Below, piece by piece: positions 42,101 to 54,100 of a stretch of 64,000 nt of DNA (positions are counted from its first letter, which is position 1; each line of letters starts with the position of its first letter). Below the pieces are notes generated by a model, which saw only the letters and a program-made list of their open reading frames with translations, was not told the origin of the DNA and did not search any database. The DNA is from Alphaproteobacteria bacterium. GTDB lineage: Bacteria; Pseudomonadota; Alphaproteobacteria; UBA7887. Position numbers and translations under genes: made by a program. Where the stretch lies: contig OZ241350.1 in NCBI GenBank assembly GCA_965200095.1, positions 3,100,159 through 3,164,158 on the forward strand. The letters are read 5' to 3'.

Positions 42101-45100
42101 CGTCACCCCTCGATAGACTGCTTCAATGAGGCTGGGGCGCGAACGCCCCAGAAAGCGACTGTTCGACCCCGAAGAAGGCGAAAGATGAAAAGCTTCAATG
42201 AGGCTGGGGCGCGAACGCCCCAGAAAGAGGGTAATCGAACGCGGGGGGCCGGGCGGCTTTCGCGGCTTCAATGAGGCTGGGGCGCGAACGCCCCAGAAAG
42301 GTTCAAGTTCGAGCGTCATAGCGCGAATACCGAAAGGGCTTCAATGAGGCTGGGGCGCGAACGCCCCAGAAAGTTAATATAGACGCAGAGACGGGAGTAG
42401 AAATATCCGCGCTTCAATGAGGCTGGGGCGCGAACGCCCCAGAAAGGACGCCTTCGACGCGCGACGGGCCACTATTCTATTCTTTCGCTTCAATGAGGCT
42501 GGGGCGCGAACGCCCCAGAAAGGGTTTCGCGCGGCTTTACTCATCAATTGGTAAGGACCCGCTTCAATGAGGCTGGGGCGCGAACGCCCCAGAAAGGAAA
42601 CTCGGCTGGATTCTCGAAGCCTCACACCATCTCGCTTCAATGAGGCTGGGGCGCGAACGCCCCAGAAAGATGCTTTCCGATTTCGTCGAAGCCGGAACCG
42701 GTATCCGCTTCAATGAGGCTGGGGCGCGAACGCCCCAGAAAGGGGGCGTCTTACCGGCGCGGCGCCGGCGCTGTGCGACGCTTCAATGAGGCTGGGGCGC
42801 GAACGCCCCAGAAAGCCCTCGCTGCCGGGGGGAGAGGCGGCGGAATACGACGCTTCAATGAGGCTGGGGCGCGAACGCCCCAGAAAGGCCGCGACGCGCG
42901 CCGCGACCACTGTCCGCGCCAATGTCGCTTCAATGAGGCTGGGGCGCGAACGCCCCAGAAAGGAGGACCACGAGGAGACGACAGTCGATTTCATCATCCG
43001 GCTTCAATGAGGCTGGGGCGCGAACGCCCCAGAAAGCTCGCAGTACACGCGAGGGCCCATCGAGCCGACGCTGCTTCAATGAGGCTGGGGCGCGAACGCC
43101 CCAGAAAGGCGAACGGGAAACAGGAGCCCGACATGACCAAGAAGCAGCTTCAATGAGGCTGGGGCGCGAACGCCCCAGAAAGCGGGAGAAATCAGATGGC
43201 CTCCACCTCCACCACCTAGCTTCAATGAGGCTGGGGCGCGAACGCCCCAGAAAGCACGGCGCGGCGCGCGCCGGCTTCGGCGTCGCGGTCGGCTTCAATG
43301 AGGCTGGGGCGCGAACGCCCCAGAAAGGCCCCACGTTCGTCGCACAGCGCCGGCGCCGCGCCGGGCTTCAATGAGGCTGGGGCGCGAACGCCCCAGAAAA
43401 GGCCGGCGCCGCCCTGCAGCCACGCCAGATGCGCCCGCCCGCTTCAATGAGGCTGGGGCGCGAACGCCCCAGAAAGGCCGCCGCCGCATCGGCCGTGTCG
43501 CCGCGCGCGAAAGGACGCTTCAATGAGGCTGGGGCGCGAACGCCCCAGAAAGGGCGGCGTCGCCGTGCTGGCCGGAGAGGGCGGGATCGCGCTTCAATGA
43601 GGCTGGGGCGCGAACGCCCCAGAAAGTCCAGCGGGTTGACCGCGCGCGCGCGCGTAGCTCTGCTTCAATGAGGCTGGGGCGCGAACGCCCCAGAAAGCCG
43701 GGCGGCCCCGGGGGCGCCTCTCGATCGCGACGCCGCTTCAATGAGGCTGGGGCGCGAACGCCCCAGAAAGCCTGGCCGACATCCAGCAGCCCCCGCCGCC
43801 GCAACCGCGGCTTCAATGAGGCTGGGGCGCGAACGCCCCAGAAAGAAGTGCAGGAGCGAACGCGTGAACGCGCAGCAACGCGCTTCAATGAGGCTGGGGC
43901 GCGAACGCCCCAGAAAGGCGCCCTGGCTGAGCGACACCGTGCGGGCGCTGATCGAGGCTTCAATGAGGCTGGGGCGCGAACGCCCCAGAAAGGACGGCGT
44001 CGAGGTCTTGCCCGTCGCCCCGAACTCGTAGCTTCAATGAGGCTGGGGCGCGAACGCCCCAGAAAGTCAGCACGAACACGGGATTCAAGATCGAGGCCGT
44101 CTAGCTTCAATGAGGCTGGGGCGCGAACGCCCCAGAAAGGCCGTAACCCGCACCCACAGGTCGGCGGGCGGCGACGAACGCTTCAATGAGGCTGGGGCGC
44201 GAACGCCCCAGAAAGCGGAGGAGACGTATTTCTATGTAAGGAAGAAGGCGCGGCTTCAATGAGGCTGGGGCGCGAACGCCCCAGAAAGCGTCGTTGCCGT
44301 AACGCGGCGCCGACATATACCCGGCGCTTCAATGAGGCTGGGGCGCGAACGCCCCAGAAAGACGCCCGCCGGATGGGGAGTCGAGAACGCATCCGCGCGC
44401 TTCAATGAGGCTGGGGCGCGAACGCCCCAGAAAGCCGGCAGTGATAGCTGGCGCGCGCGCGACTTCCCATAGCGCTTCAATGAGGCTGGGGCGCGAACGC
44501 CCCAGAAAGGGCGACCATCACCCGCACCGCGGTTTCCGGCCCGACCAGCTTCAATGAGGCTGGGGCGCGAACGCCCCAGAAAGGACGGGTTTGCTCGGGT
44601 CGCCGTGGGGCATCTGGGTGCTTCAATGAGGCTGGGGCGCGAACGCCCCAGAAAGGCGCGCTGATCTGTCCGGTGCGCAGAAGGCTCAGGTCTGGCTTCA
44701 ATGAGGCTGGGGCGCGAACGCCCCAGAAAGGTGGCCGAGATGCGTTCGGCGATGAGGCCCGTCGAGGCTTCAATGAGGCTGGGGCGCGAACGCCCCAGAA
44801 AGGGAATCTACGAACCGGGCCAGGAACCGCCTCTCGCGGCTTCAATGAGGCTGGGGCGCGAACGCCCCAGAAAGCACTCCAACACGAGATCACGATCCGG
44901 AAACACCGTCGGCTTCAATGAGGCTGGGGCGCGAACGCCCCAGAAAGTCGGAAGGCGATTATTGTTCCGACACTTCGAATCCACGCTTCAATGAGGCTGG
45001 GGCGCGAACGCCCCAGAAAGCCTGTTCGCATATCGCCGTCGTCGAGCGCGGCGGTCGCTTCAATGAGGCTGGGGCGCGAACGCCCCAGAAAGGCGCGCCC

Positions 45101-48100
45101 CACCTCGAACGCGCCGCCGATTCGCCGTCGCTTCAATGAGGCTGGGGCGCGAACGCCCCAGAAAGCAGCGCTGGTGGCCCCTGTCGCTGGTCTCCCTGCC
45201 GGAGCTTCAATGAGGCTGGGGCGCGAACGCCCCAGAAAGGAGCCTGGCCCGTCGCCGACATCGAACGCGAGTGCAGGCCGCTTCAATGAGGCTGGGGCGC
45301 GAACGCCCCAGAAAGCCAGCGGTCGCCGCGCTCGGCAAGGGGAGTCCACGCGGGCTTCAATGAGGCTGGGGCGCGAACGCCCCAGAAAGCATTTCTGACG
45401 CGTTGCAGGAGGCTCCGTCGCCTTTTGGCTTCAATGAGGCTGGGGCGCGAACGCCCCAGAAAGGCTGACCGGCGCGGATAGGCCCACTGGCGGACCACAT
45501 CGCTTCAATGAGGCTGGGGCGCGAACGCCCCAGAAAGCGCGCCCGACCGGGCCAGCGGTATCAGCCGCTGCGGCCGGCTTCAATGAGGCTGGGGCGCGAA
45601 CGCCCCAGAAAGGGCGGAAGAGGCGAAAAAGAAGGGATTCTCGTGGGACAGCTTCAATGAGGCTGGGGCGCGAACGCCCCAGAAAGAACGCTTGTCGAAA
45701 CGAAACGCCGCGCCCGAAGCCCGCGCTTCAATGAGGCTGGGGCGCGAACGCCCCAGAAAGACGGAACGCCGGCACCGTATCCACCCGCGCCGTCGTGCCG
45801 CTTCAATGAGGCTGGGGCGCGAACGCCCCAGAAAGAGCGCGCCTTGCGCGTGGCCGTCGCGGAGGGCGTCAAGCTTCAATGAGGCTGGGGCGCGAACGCC
45901 CCAGAAAGTGCGCCGTTCGTGGCGAATGCGGGTAGCGCGCTACACGCTTCAATGAGGCTGGGGCGCGAACGCCCCAGAAAGTTCTTCGGAGGGGTTTCGC
46001 CCGCTTGCTCTTTCTTACGCTTCAATGAGGCTGGGGCGCGAACGCCCCAGAAAGTTCGCCTATGTCCCCAGCGCGTTCGTGACCGCTTACGAGCTTCAAT
46101 GAGGCTGGGGCGCGAACGCCCCAGAAAGCCGGCTTTACAGCGTTGCGTAACTCTTATTTCCGGAAGCTTCAATGAGGCTGGGGCGCGAACGCCCCAGAAA
46201 GAAAGCAAGGATGCCGAAAAGAGGAAAATCGATAACCTGAAGCTTCAATGAGGCTGGGGCGCGAACGCCCCAGAAAGGGTGCGCGCAATGCTCGGCCTCG
46301 AGGTCCCCGGCCCCGCTTCAATGAGGCTGGGGCGCGAACGCCCCAGAAAGCTGCGCTCCGAAACATCGGCGCTCAATCCGATACTGGCTTCAATGAGGCT
46401 GGGGCGCGAACGCCCCAGAAAGGGCTGCCGGAGGCGACGCATGCGCTCACCGGGGGGGTGCTTCAATGAGGCTGGGGCGCGAACGCCCCAGAAAGGCAGC
46501 GTCCGCCGGCGATCACCGTCGAGGAACAGCGGCTTCAATGAGGCTGGGGCGCGAACGCCCCAGAAAGCAATCGTCGCGCCCCCCGGAGATCGTCTTGTTC
46601 TTGATGCTTCAATGAGGCTGGGGCGCGAACGCCCCAGAAAGACACACGCTCCAACCACGGCACGGGATAACCATACTGGCTTCAATGAGGCTGGGGCGCG
46701 AACGCCCCAGAAAGCGGCCTCCAGCGCTTCAATCCGGGCCACCCGTTCTCCGCTTCAATGAGGCTGGGGCGCGAACGCCCCAGAAAGGTCATCGGGGAGG
46801 AGGTCGCTAACCACCTGCGGCTCGTCCGCTTCAATGAGGCTGGGGCGCGAACGCCCCAGAAAGATGAAGTTCCGCGCGACGCCGATGCCGGTGAAACCGC
46901 TTCAATGAGGCTGGGGCGCGAACGCCCCAGAAAGATTGCCGAGCTCAACGCGTGCTTGCCGTGAGTCAGCTCGCTTCAATGAGGCTGGGGCGCGAACGCC
47001 CCAGAAAGCGCCGTAGAGTGTCCCCCGCCATACAGCCGGCCCTTTGCTTCAATGAGGCTGGGGCGCGAACGCCCCAGAAAGCGATGACCGAAACATAATC
47101 GCTTCAATCCGGATTGTGCTTCAATGAGGCTGGGGCGCGAACGCCCCAGAAAGGTTACGGGGATCGCCGGCGCCGCGGACGGTATGGGAGCTTCAATGAG
47201 GCTGGGGCGCGAACGCCCCAGAAAGCGGACTTCGACGCCTGGTACGATGAGCTGGCGGGGCGCTTCAATGAGGCTGGGGCGCGAACGCCCCAGAAAGTCC
47301 CGCCCCCAGGCCGATGAGTCCTGGGAGGGCTCGCTTCAATGAGGCTGGGGCGCGAACGCCCCAGAAAGGCGCGCCGACATGCCTTCGGTAGTGGCAGCCA
47401 TCGACGCTTCAATGAGGCTGGGGCGCGAACGCCCCAGAAAGAACGGGCGCTGAGGCACGCCGACAACCGCCGGTATCTGCTTCAATGAGGCTGGGGCGCG
47501 AACGCCCCAGAAAGTGAGGACGTAGAAGCCCCGGATTCCGGGGCCCGCAATCGCTTCAATGAGGCTGGGGCGCGAACGCCCCAGAAAGCGCGCCACGCGC
47601 CGGCGGGCCCCAACCGAAACAATCGGCTTCAATGAGGCTGGGGCGCGAACGCCCCAGAAAGTATTTGACTAGTGTAGCACGGGCGGTTGGAGGGCTAGCT
47701 TCAATGAGGCTGGGGCGCGAACGCCCCAGAAAGCGCGTCGAGCGCGCCGAGAGAGCGTCGGAAATTCCGGGGCGCTTCAATGAGGCTGGGGCGCGAACGC
47801 CCCAGAAAGAAGGCCGGCGGGGGGATTACTGGTCTCATCGCTATGCGGCTTCAATGAGGCTGGGGCGCGAACGCCCCAGAAAGGTCGATGAGGCCGTCAC
47901 CTTTGCCGGCGTCACGTTCCCCGAGCTTCAATGAGGCTGGGGCGCGAACGCCCCAGAAAGCTGTTCGACCCCCCGCTCTGCGACGTCACGCTGACAGGCT
48001 TCAATGAGGCTGGGGCGCGAACGCCCCAGAAAGTACGCCAGAGAGAACGCGCAGCCCGCGTCATCCATGTCGAGCTTCAATGAGGCTGGGGCGCGAACGC

Positions 48101-51100
48101 CCCAGAAAGGCGCCGAGACACGGCACAGCGAGAAGCAGCGCATCTGGCGCGCTTCAATGAGGCTGGGGCGCGAACGCCCCAGAAAGAGTGAAAATCACTC
48201 AAGCAACTATCGGTGGGTATATGCTTCAATGAGGCTGGGGCGCGAACGCCCCAGAAAGAACCTCGAACGCGCTACCGAAATCGCCTATCTCGCCTCGCTT
48301 CAATGAGGCTGGGGCGCGAACGCCCCAGAAAGCTTTCGATTGGGGCGGCGGGTTCGCGCCGCGTTCGAGCTTCAATGAGGCTGGGGCGCGAACGCCCCAG
48401 AAAGGCCCCGCGTCGCCGGCCTCCCGCGCCAGCCGCGCGCTATCGCTTCAATGAGGCTGGGGCGCGAACGCCCCAGAAAGACCCCGGCTCCGATACGACC
48501 ACGACGATTCAGGCTCTCGCTTCAATGAGGCTGGGGCGCGAACGCCCCAGAAAGCACGCCAGATGCGCCCGCCCGAAGCGCGCCACGACCTCGCTTCAAT
48601 GAGGCTGGGGCGCGAACGCCCCAGAAAGCGACGTCGACGTCGAATTCCATGAGCATCCTGTCGAGGCTTCAATGAGGCTGGGGCGCGAACGCCCCAGAAA
48701 GGCCCCGCCCGAAGGCGGGGCCAGGCGGGGCTAGGCGCTTCAATGAGGCTGGGGCGCGAACGCCCCAGAAAGAAAGCGCGGGAGCGCGAACGCCGGGCCA
48801 ACGATCCCGCTTCAATGAGGCTGGGGCGCGAACGCCCCAGAAAGGCAGTTGCCCGTGCTGCGAAAACGCGGCCGCCGCCAGCGGCTTCAATGAGGCTGGG
48901 GCGCGAACGCCCCAGAAAGGCCGGCGACCTGTTCGCATGGGCGGCGCAACCGCGCGGCGCTTCAATGAGGCTGGGGCGCGAACGCCCCAGAAAGGCTGCA
49001 CGATCCGGGCCTGCAGCGTGTAGGTATCGCCGGGCTTCAATGAGGCTGGGGCGCGAACGCCCCAGAAAGCGAGGCGCTCTCCCGCGGGTTCGATGTCCCC
49101 GACGTGCTTCAATGAGGCTGGGGCGCGAACGCCCCAGAAAGGCGCCCCGGTCGCACAACGCACTCGTCTGGAGCACGAGCTTCAATGAGGCTGGGGCGCG
49201 AACGCCCCAGAAAGGAGGGCGGCGGCGACCACAGGAGCGCCAGTTTCACCGCGGCTTCAATGAGGCTGGGGCGCGAACGCCCCAGAAAGGGTGCTGACGC
49301 ACTGCGGAGGCGAGTAGGCCCCGCGCTTCAATGAGGCTGGGGCGCGAACGCCCCAGAAAGCTCGAAACCCGGCCAGTTGCCGCTATGATCGATGAGGCTT
49401 CAATGAGGCTGGGGCGCGAACGCCCCAGAAAGGTCGAGGCGCGCCCGGGCCAGCGCCATGAACGCCGCGCTTCAATGAGGCTGGGGCGCGAACGCCCCAG
49501 AAAGCGCCTTTCGCCGGCCTGTCCCTGTAGCTCACCTGCCGGCTTCAATGAGGCTGGGGCGCGAACGCCCCAGAAAGGCCGGCTCGTTGCATCTTGGCCC
49601 ACTCGGTAAGCGCCCTCGCTTCAATGAGGCTGGGGCGCGAACGCCCCAGAAAGCCCCGCATCGTCATATCCACAAGGAGACCACCAATGCGTGCTTCAAT
49701 GAGGCTGGGGCGCGAACGCCCCAGAAAGGCAGGCGCTGCGGGGCAAAGGGGAAAGCGGTTCACCAGCTTCAATGAGGCTGGGGCGCGAACGCCCCAGAAA
49801 GCTGGCGGACGGCTGCCGAGAGAATGCGCAACACGATGATCGGCTTCAATGAGGCTGGGGCGCGAACGCCCCAGAAAGCTATGTCGGCGGGGACTTCGAC
49901 ACGAATACGGGATTGCTTCAATGAGGCTGGGGCGCGAACGCCCCAGAAAGACAACGTTGATTGTGTCCCCGCTATTGGGGTCAACCGCTTCAATGAGGCT
50001 GGGGCGCGAACGCCCCAGAAAGGTCGCGTAGATGCGCGCGACGAGGCGGCGGCGGTCCCCCGCGCTTCAATGAGGCTGGGGCGCGAACGCCCCAGAAAGG
50101 CCGCGGCGAGTTCGGCTGATCGTGGTCCGACAACCGGCTTCAATGAGGCTGGGGCGCGAACGCCCCAGAAAGGAAGCGATCGCGACGCTCAACCCCAAGA
50201 CGGCGTCGCTTCAATGAGGCTGGGGCGCGAACGCCCCAGAAAGTCGGCCGCCCCGACGCCGAAGTCTTTCCATTTCCCGCGCTTCAATGAGGCTGGGGCG
50301 CGAACGCCCCAGAAAGGTCGCGCAAGATCGGGGCGATCACCGACGTCGGGCGGCTTCAATGAGGCTGGGGCGCGAACGCCCCAGAAAGGGCGGCGGATAT
50401 CTCCGTTCGTCGGAAGCCCCCCGGGCTTCAATGAGGCTGGGGCGCGAACGCCCCAGAAAGCTTGATGATCTTCACAGGCATGTCTTCTCTCCCTTGTAGC
50501 TTCAATGAGGCTGGGGCGCGAACGCCCCAGAAAGGCGCCTGGCCAGGGGATTCGTAAAAAAATATCTCGCGGCTTCAATGAGGCTGGGGCGCGAACGCCC
50601 CAGAAAGCCGGGTCCTTCCCGATGCGACGCATGCGCGCGCCGGGGGGGTGCTTCAATGAGGCTGGGGCGCGAACGCCCCAGAAAGTTGTGCGGGCAACTG
50701 CAGCACGATCTCGAAGAGAAAACGCTTCAATGAGGCTGGGGCGCGAACGCCCCAGAAAGGGACGAGACCGACGCCCTCAAATTCACCGCGCCATCGGGGC
50801 TTCAATGAGGCTGGGGCGCGAACGCCCCAGAAAGGCAAGTCACGGGCGCCGTCGTTCCCGAATGGGTAGAGGCTTCAATGAGGCTGGGGCGCGAACGCCC
50901 CAGAAAGGAACGCGGCGTGAAGGACGACAGCACGGGCCAGTGGAGGCTTCAATGAGGCTGGGGCGCGAACGCCCCAGAAAGCTCGACGGAGAGGCTGCCC
51001 GGACCGGGACGCGGGAGCTTCAATGAGGCTGGGGCGCGAACGCCCCAGAAAGTCACCGGGCGGGTCGTGGACGTCTATCGGGCGGGAACCGCTTCAATGA

Positions 51101-54100
51101 GGCTGGGGCGCGAACGCCCCAGAAAGATGACCGCGCGGGACGCATGGGCGCGTCTGCGCAGCGGGCTTCAATGAGGCTGGGGCGCGAACGCCCCAGAAAG
51201 GGACGCTCCAGGTGACGGGAGACGCCCGATGAACACGCTTCAATGAGGCTGGGGCGCGAACGCCCCAGAAAGTGCGCGTCTTGCGAAATCTCCGAAGACA
51301 AGACCCGGGCTTCAATGAGGCTGGGGCGCGAACGCCCCAGAAAGAGCGCCCCTGGCAACGCGGCGCGCCCTGCTATGTCCGCTTCAATGAGGCTGGGGCG
51401 CGAACGCCCCAGAAAGATTGAATGCGCCGGCATTGACCCAGATGCCCCACGGCGCTTCAATGAGGCTGGGGCGCGAACGCCCCAGAAAGGGCGCGGTCTG
51501 GGTCCTGGTGTTGCCGTGCGTGTCCGCGGCTTCAATGAGGCTGGGGCGCGAACGCCCCAGAAAGCTGGCGTTGACCGGAAGGCCGTAGGAAGGCCGTAAA
51601 GCTTCAATGAGGCTGGGGCGCGAACGCCCCAGAAAGCACGGGAAAATAGAGGACCTTCGAGGCGATACCAAAGCTTCAATGAGGCTGGGGCGCGAACGCC
51701 CCAGAAAGCCCGGAGCTTGCGAAGACGATAAGCGGTTTCTTGACCACGCTTCAATGAGGCTGGGGCGCGAACGCCCCAGAAAGAGACCGGTAACGAACCA
51801 TGCCGGCGGATTGAGTCGAGGCTTCAATGAGGCTGGGGCGCGAACGCCCCAGAAAGTCCGGCTCCGCGTGGGCCGGACCCGCGTAGATTCCTCCGCTTCA
51901 ATGAGGCTGGGGCGCGAACGCCCCAGAAAGTTGACCAGATTGCGCCGGCGCTCGAAGGAATCGACGCTTCAATGAGGCTGGGGCGCGAACGCCCCAGAAA
52001 GATCGATGGCCCAAAGACCAAAAGACCCGACGCGGGCCCGCTTCAATGAGGCTGGGGCGCGAACGCCCCAGAAAGAGTTCGGCGCGGTTTCGGGCCACCC
52101 CGACTCCGGCGGGGCTTCAATGAGGCTGGGGCGCGAACGCCCCAGAAAGGAAGAACAACCTCGCTCAGGCTGCCAAGGCTAACAATGCTTCAATGAGGCT
52201 GGGGCGCGAACGCCCCAGAAAGGTTGTCGGGCTACGATGTCGACGGCACCACCAGCGAGCTTCAATGAGGCTGGGGCGCGAACGCCCCAGAAAGTGGCCG
52301 CCCGAGGGCACGCGCGTGCCGAACCACCAGAGCTTCAATGAGGCTGGGGCGCGAACGCCCCAGAAAGGGCGTGAGCGCGGGTGATATGGCCGTCCCCCGA
52401 CTTGCTTCAATGAGGCTGGGGCGCGAACGCCCCAGAAAGCGAAACGCCGCGCCCGAAGCCCGCGAACCGAAGATGCTTCAATGAGGCTGGGGCGCGAACG
52501 CCCCAGAAAGCCAACGAGCGCCCGCTGACGGGCCTCGAAGCCGAAGTGCTTCAATGAGGCTGGGGCGCGAACGCCCCAGAAAGACCGGAACTCGCCCGTG
52601 TGCCGCCACGGCCCCCGGTGCTTCAATGAGGCTGGGGCGCGAACGCCCCAGAAAGGCCATCGGCCGCTGCGGATCCGACGCGGAGGAGCGGACGCTTCAA
52701 TGAGGCTGGGGCGCGAACGCCCCAGAAAGCGGTCTCACCGGGGTCACCTGGTGGATCGTCCGCGCCGCTTCAATGAGGCTGGGGCGCGAACGCCCCAGAA
52801 AGGCCAGCACGGCGCCAACCCCGGCTCCCTTGGGGCCGGCTTCAATGAGGCTGGGGCGCGAACGCCCCAGAAAGAACAGCGCCAACGCGCGCGCACGCGC
52901 GAAGGCAAGGCTTCAATGAGGCTGGGGCGCGAACGCCCCAGAAAGTCTGCGGGGCCCCGAGGGTCTGGAGGAGGACGAACGGGCTTCAATGAGGCTGGGG
53001 CGCGAACGCCCCAGAAAGGATACCAGCGCCGAATCGGTCGCCAGGACGCTCCGCGCGCTTCAATGAGGCTGGGGCGCGAACGCCCCAGAAAGCGTGAAAT
53101 CCAGAGGCTTTACTTTCTTTGCGCCCATGCTTCAATGAGGCTGGGGCGCGAACGCCCCAGAAAGTTGCGGTTCATGGGTCGCCCAGAATCTCCGACGCCG
53201 AGCTTCAATGAGGCTGGGGCGCGAACGCCCCAGAAAGGTCGCCCACCAGATCCTGTTCCACGGGCGCTTTGGCGAGCTTCAATGAGGCTGGGGCGCGAAC
53301 GCCCCAGAAAGTCCCCCGACTCCCCCGCCTGCCGAGCCTGCGCCGCCGCTTCAATGAGGCTGGGGCGCGAACGCCCCAGAAAGGCTGGCGGCCGTCTGGC
53401 CGACGGCCATGCCCGGCGGCGCTTCAATGAGGCTGGGGCGCGAACGCCCCAGAAAGGATGCTGCGGCGGAGCTGGGCGCGGGAGCGGTGGCGCTTCAATG
53501 AGGCTGGGGCGCGAACGCCCCAGAAAGGCTCATCGTGACGAGCGGGTTTCGCGGCCCCGACCAGCTTCAATGAGGCTGGGGCGCGAACGCCCCAGAAAGG
53601 CCGCCCGTGCTCGGCGGAGCGTCGGCGGGTAGATTCGCTTCAATGAGGCTGGGGCGCGAACGCCCCAGAAAGCCGGTACGCGCAATGGCGTCACTTCTGG
53701 CGTCTCGCCGCTTCAATGAGGCTGGGGCGCGAACGCCCCAGAAAGTACAATGCGTTCCGCGCGACGCGCCAGGGCCCGGCCGCGCTTCAATGAGGCTGGG
53801 GCGCGAACGCCCCAGAAAGGCCCCGGCCGCCCCAACCGCCTTGCTCACGAGTTCGTGCTTCAATGAGGCTGGGGCGCGAACGCCCCAGAAAGCGAGTCTT
53901 ATCATGTCTCTCCAAGGAGACGCTCAAAGAGCTTCAATGAGGCTGGGGCGCGAACGCCCCAGAAAGAACACGGGCAGGGTTGGATGTCCCACCATTGAAC
54001 TGCTTCAATGAGGCTGGGGCGCGAACGCCCCAGAAAGCTGGCCAGCCCCGGCGGCTCGTGTGAGGCGTACCGCCCGCTTCAATGAGGCTGGGGCGCGAAC

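Noticed and set aside
45687-45724. Spacer reading GAAFRFDKR on the minus strand resembles the local cas1 (AAFRFEAR, ~56833-56850)
   Set aside because: Only ~16/18 nt similar, and the overlapping spacer 52440 extends into non-cas1 sequence; not credible self-targeting
46715-46751. Spacer containing GCTTCAATCCGGGCC (repeat-like) whose reverse strand reads GERVARIEALEA, like the coiled-coil genes
   Set aside because: 8-nt repeat match is short and the peptide similarity is a generic coiled-coil pattern with no nucleotide identity to 28129-29181
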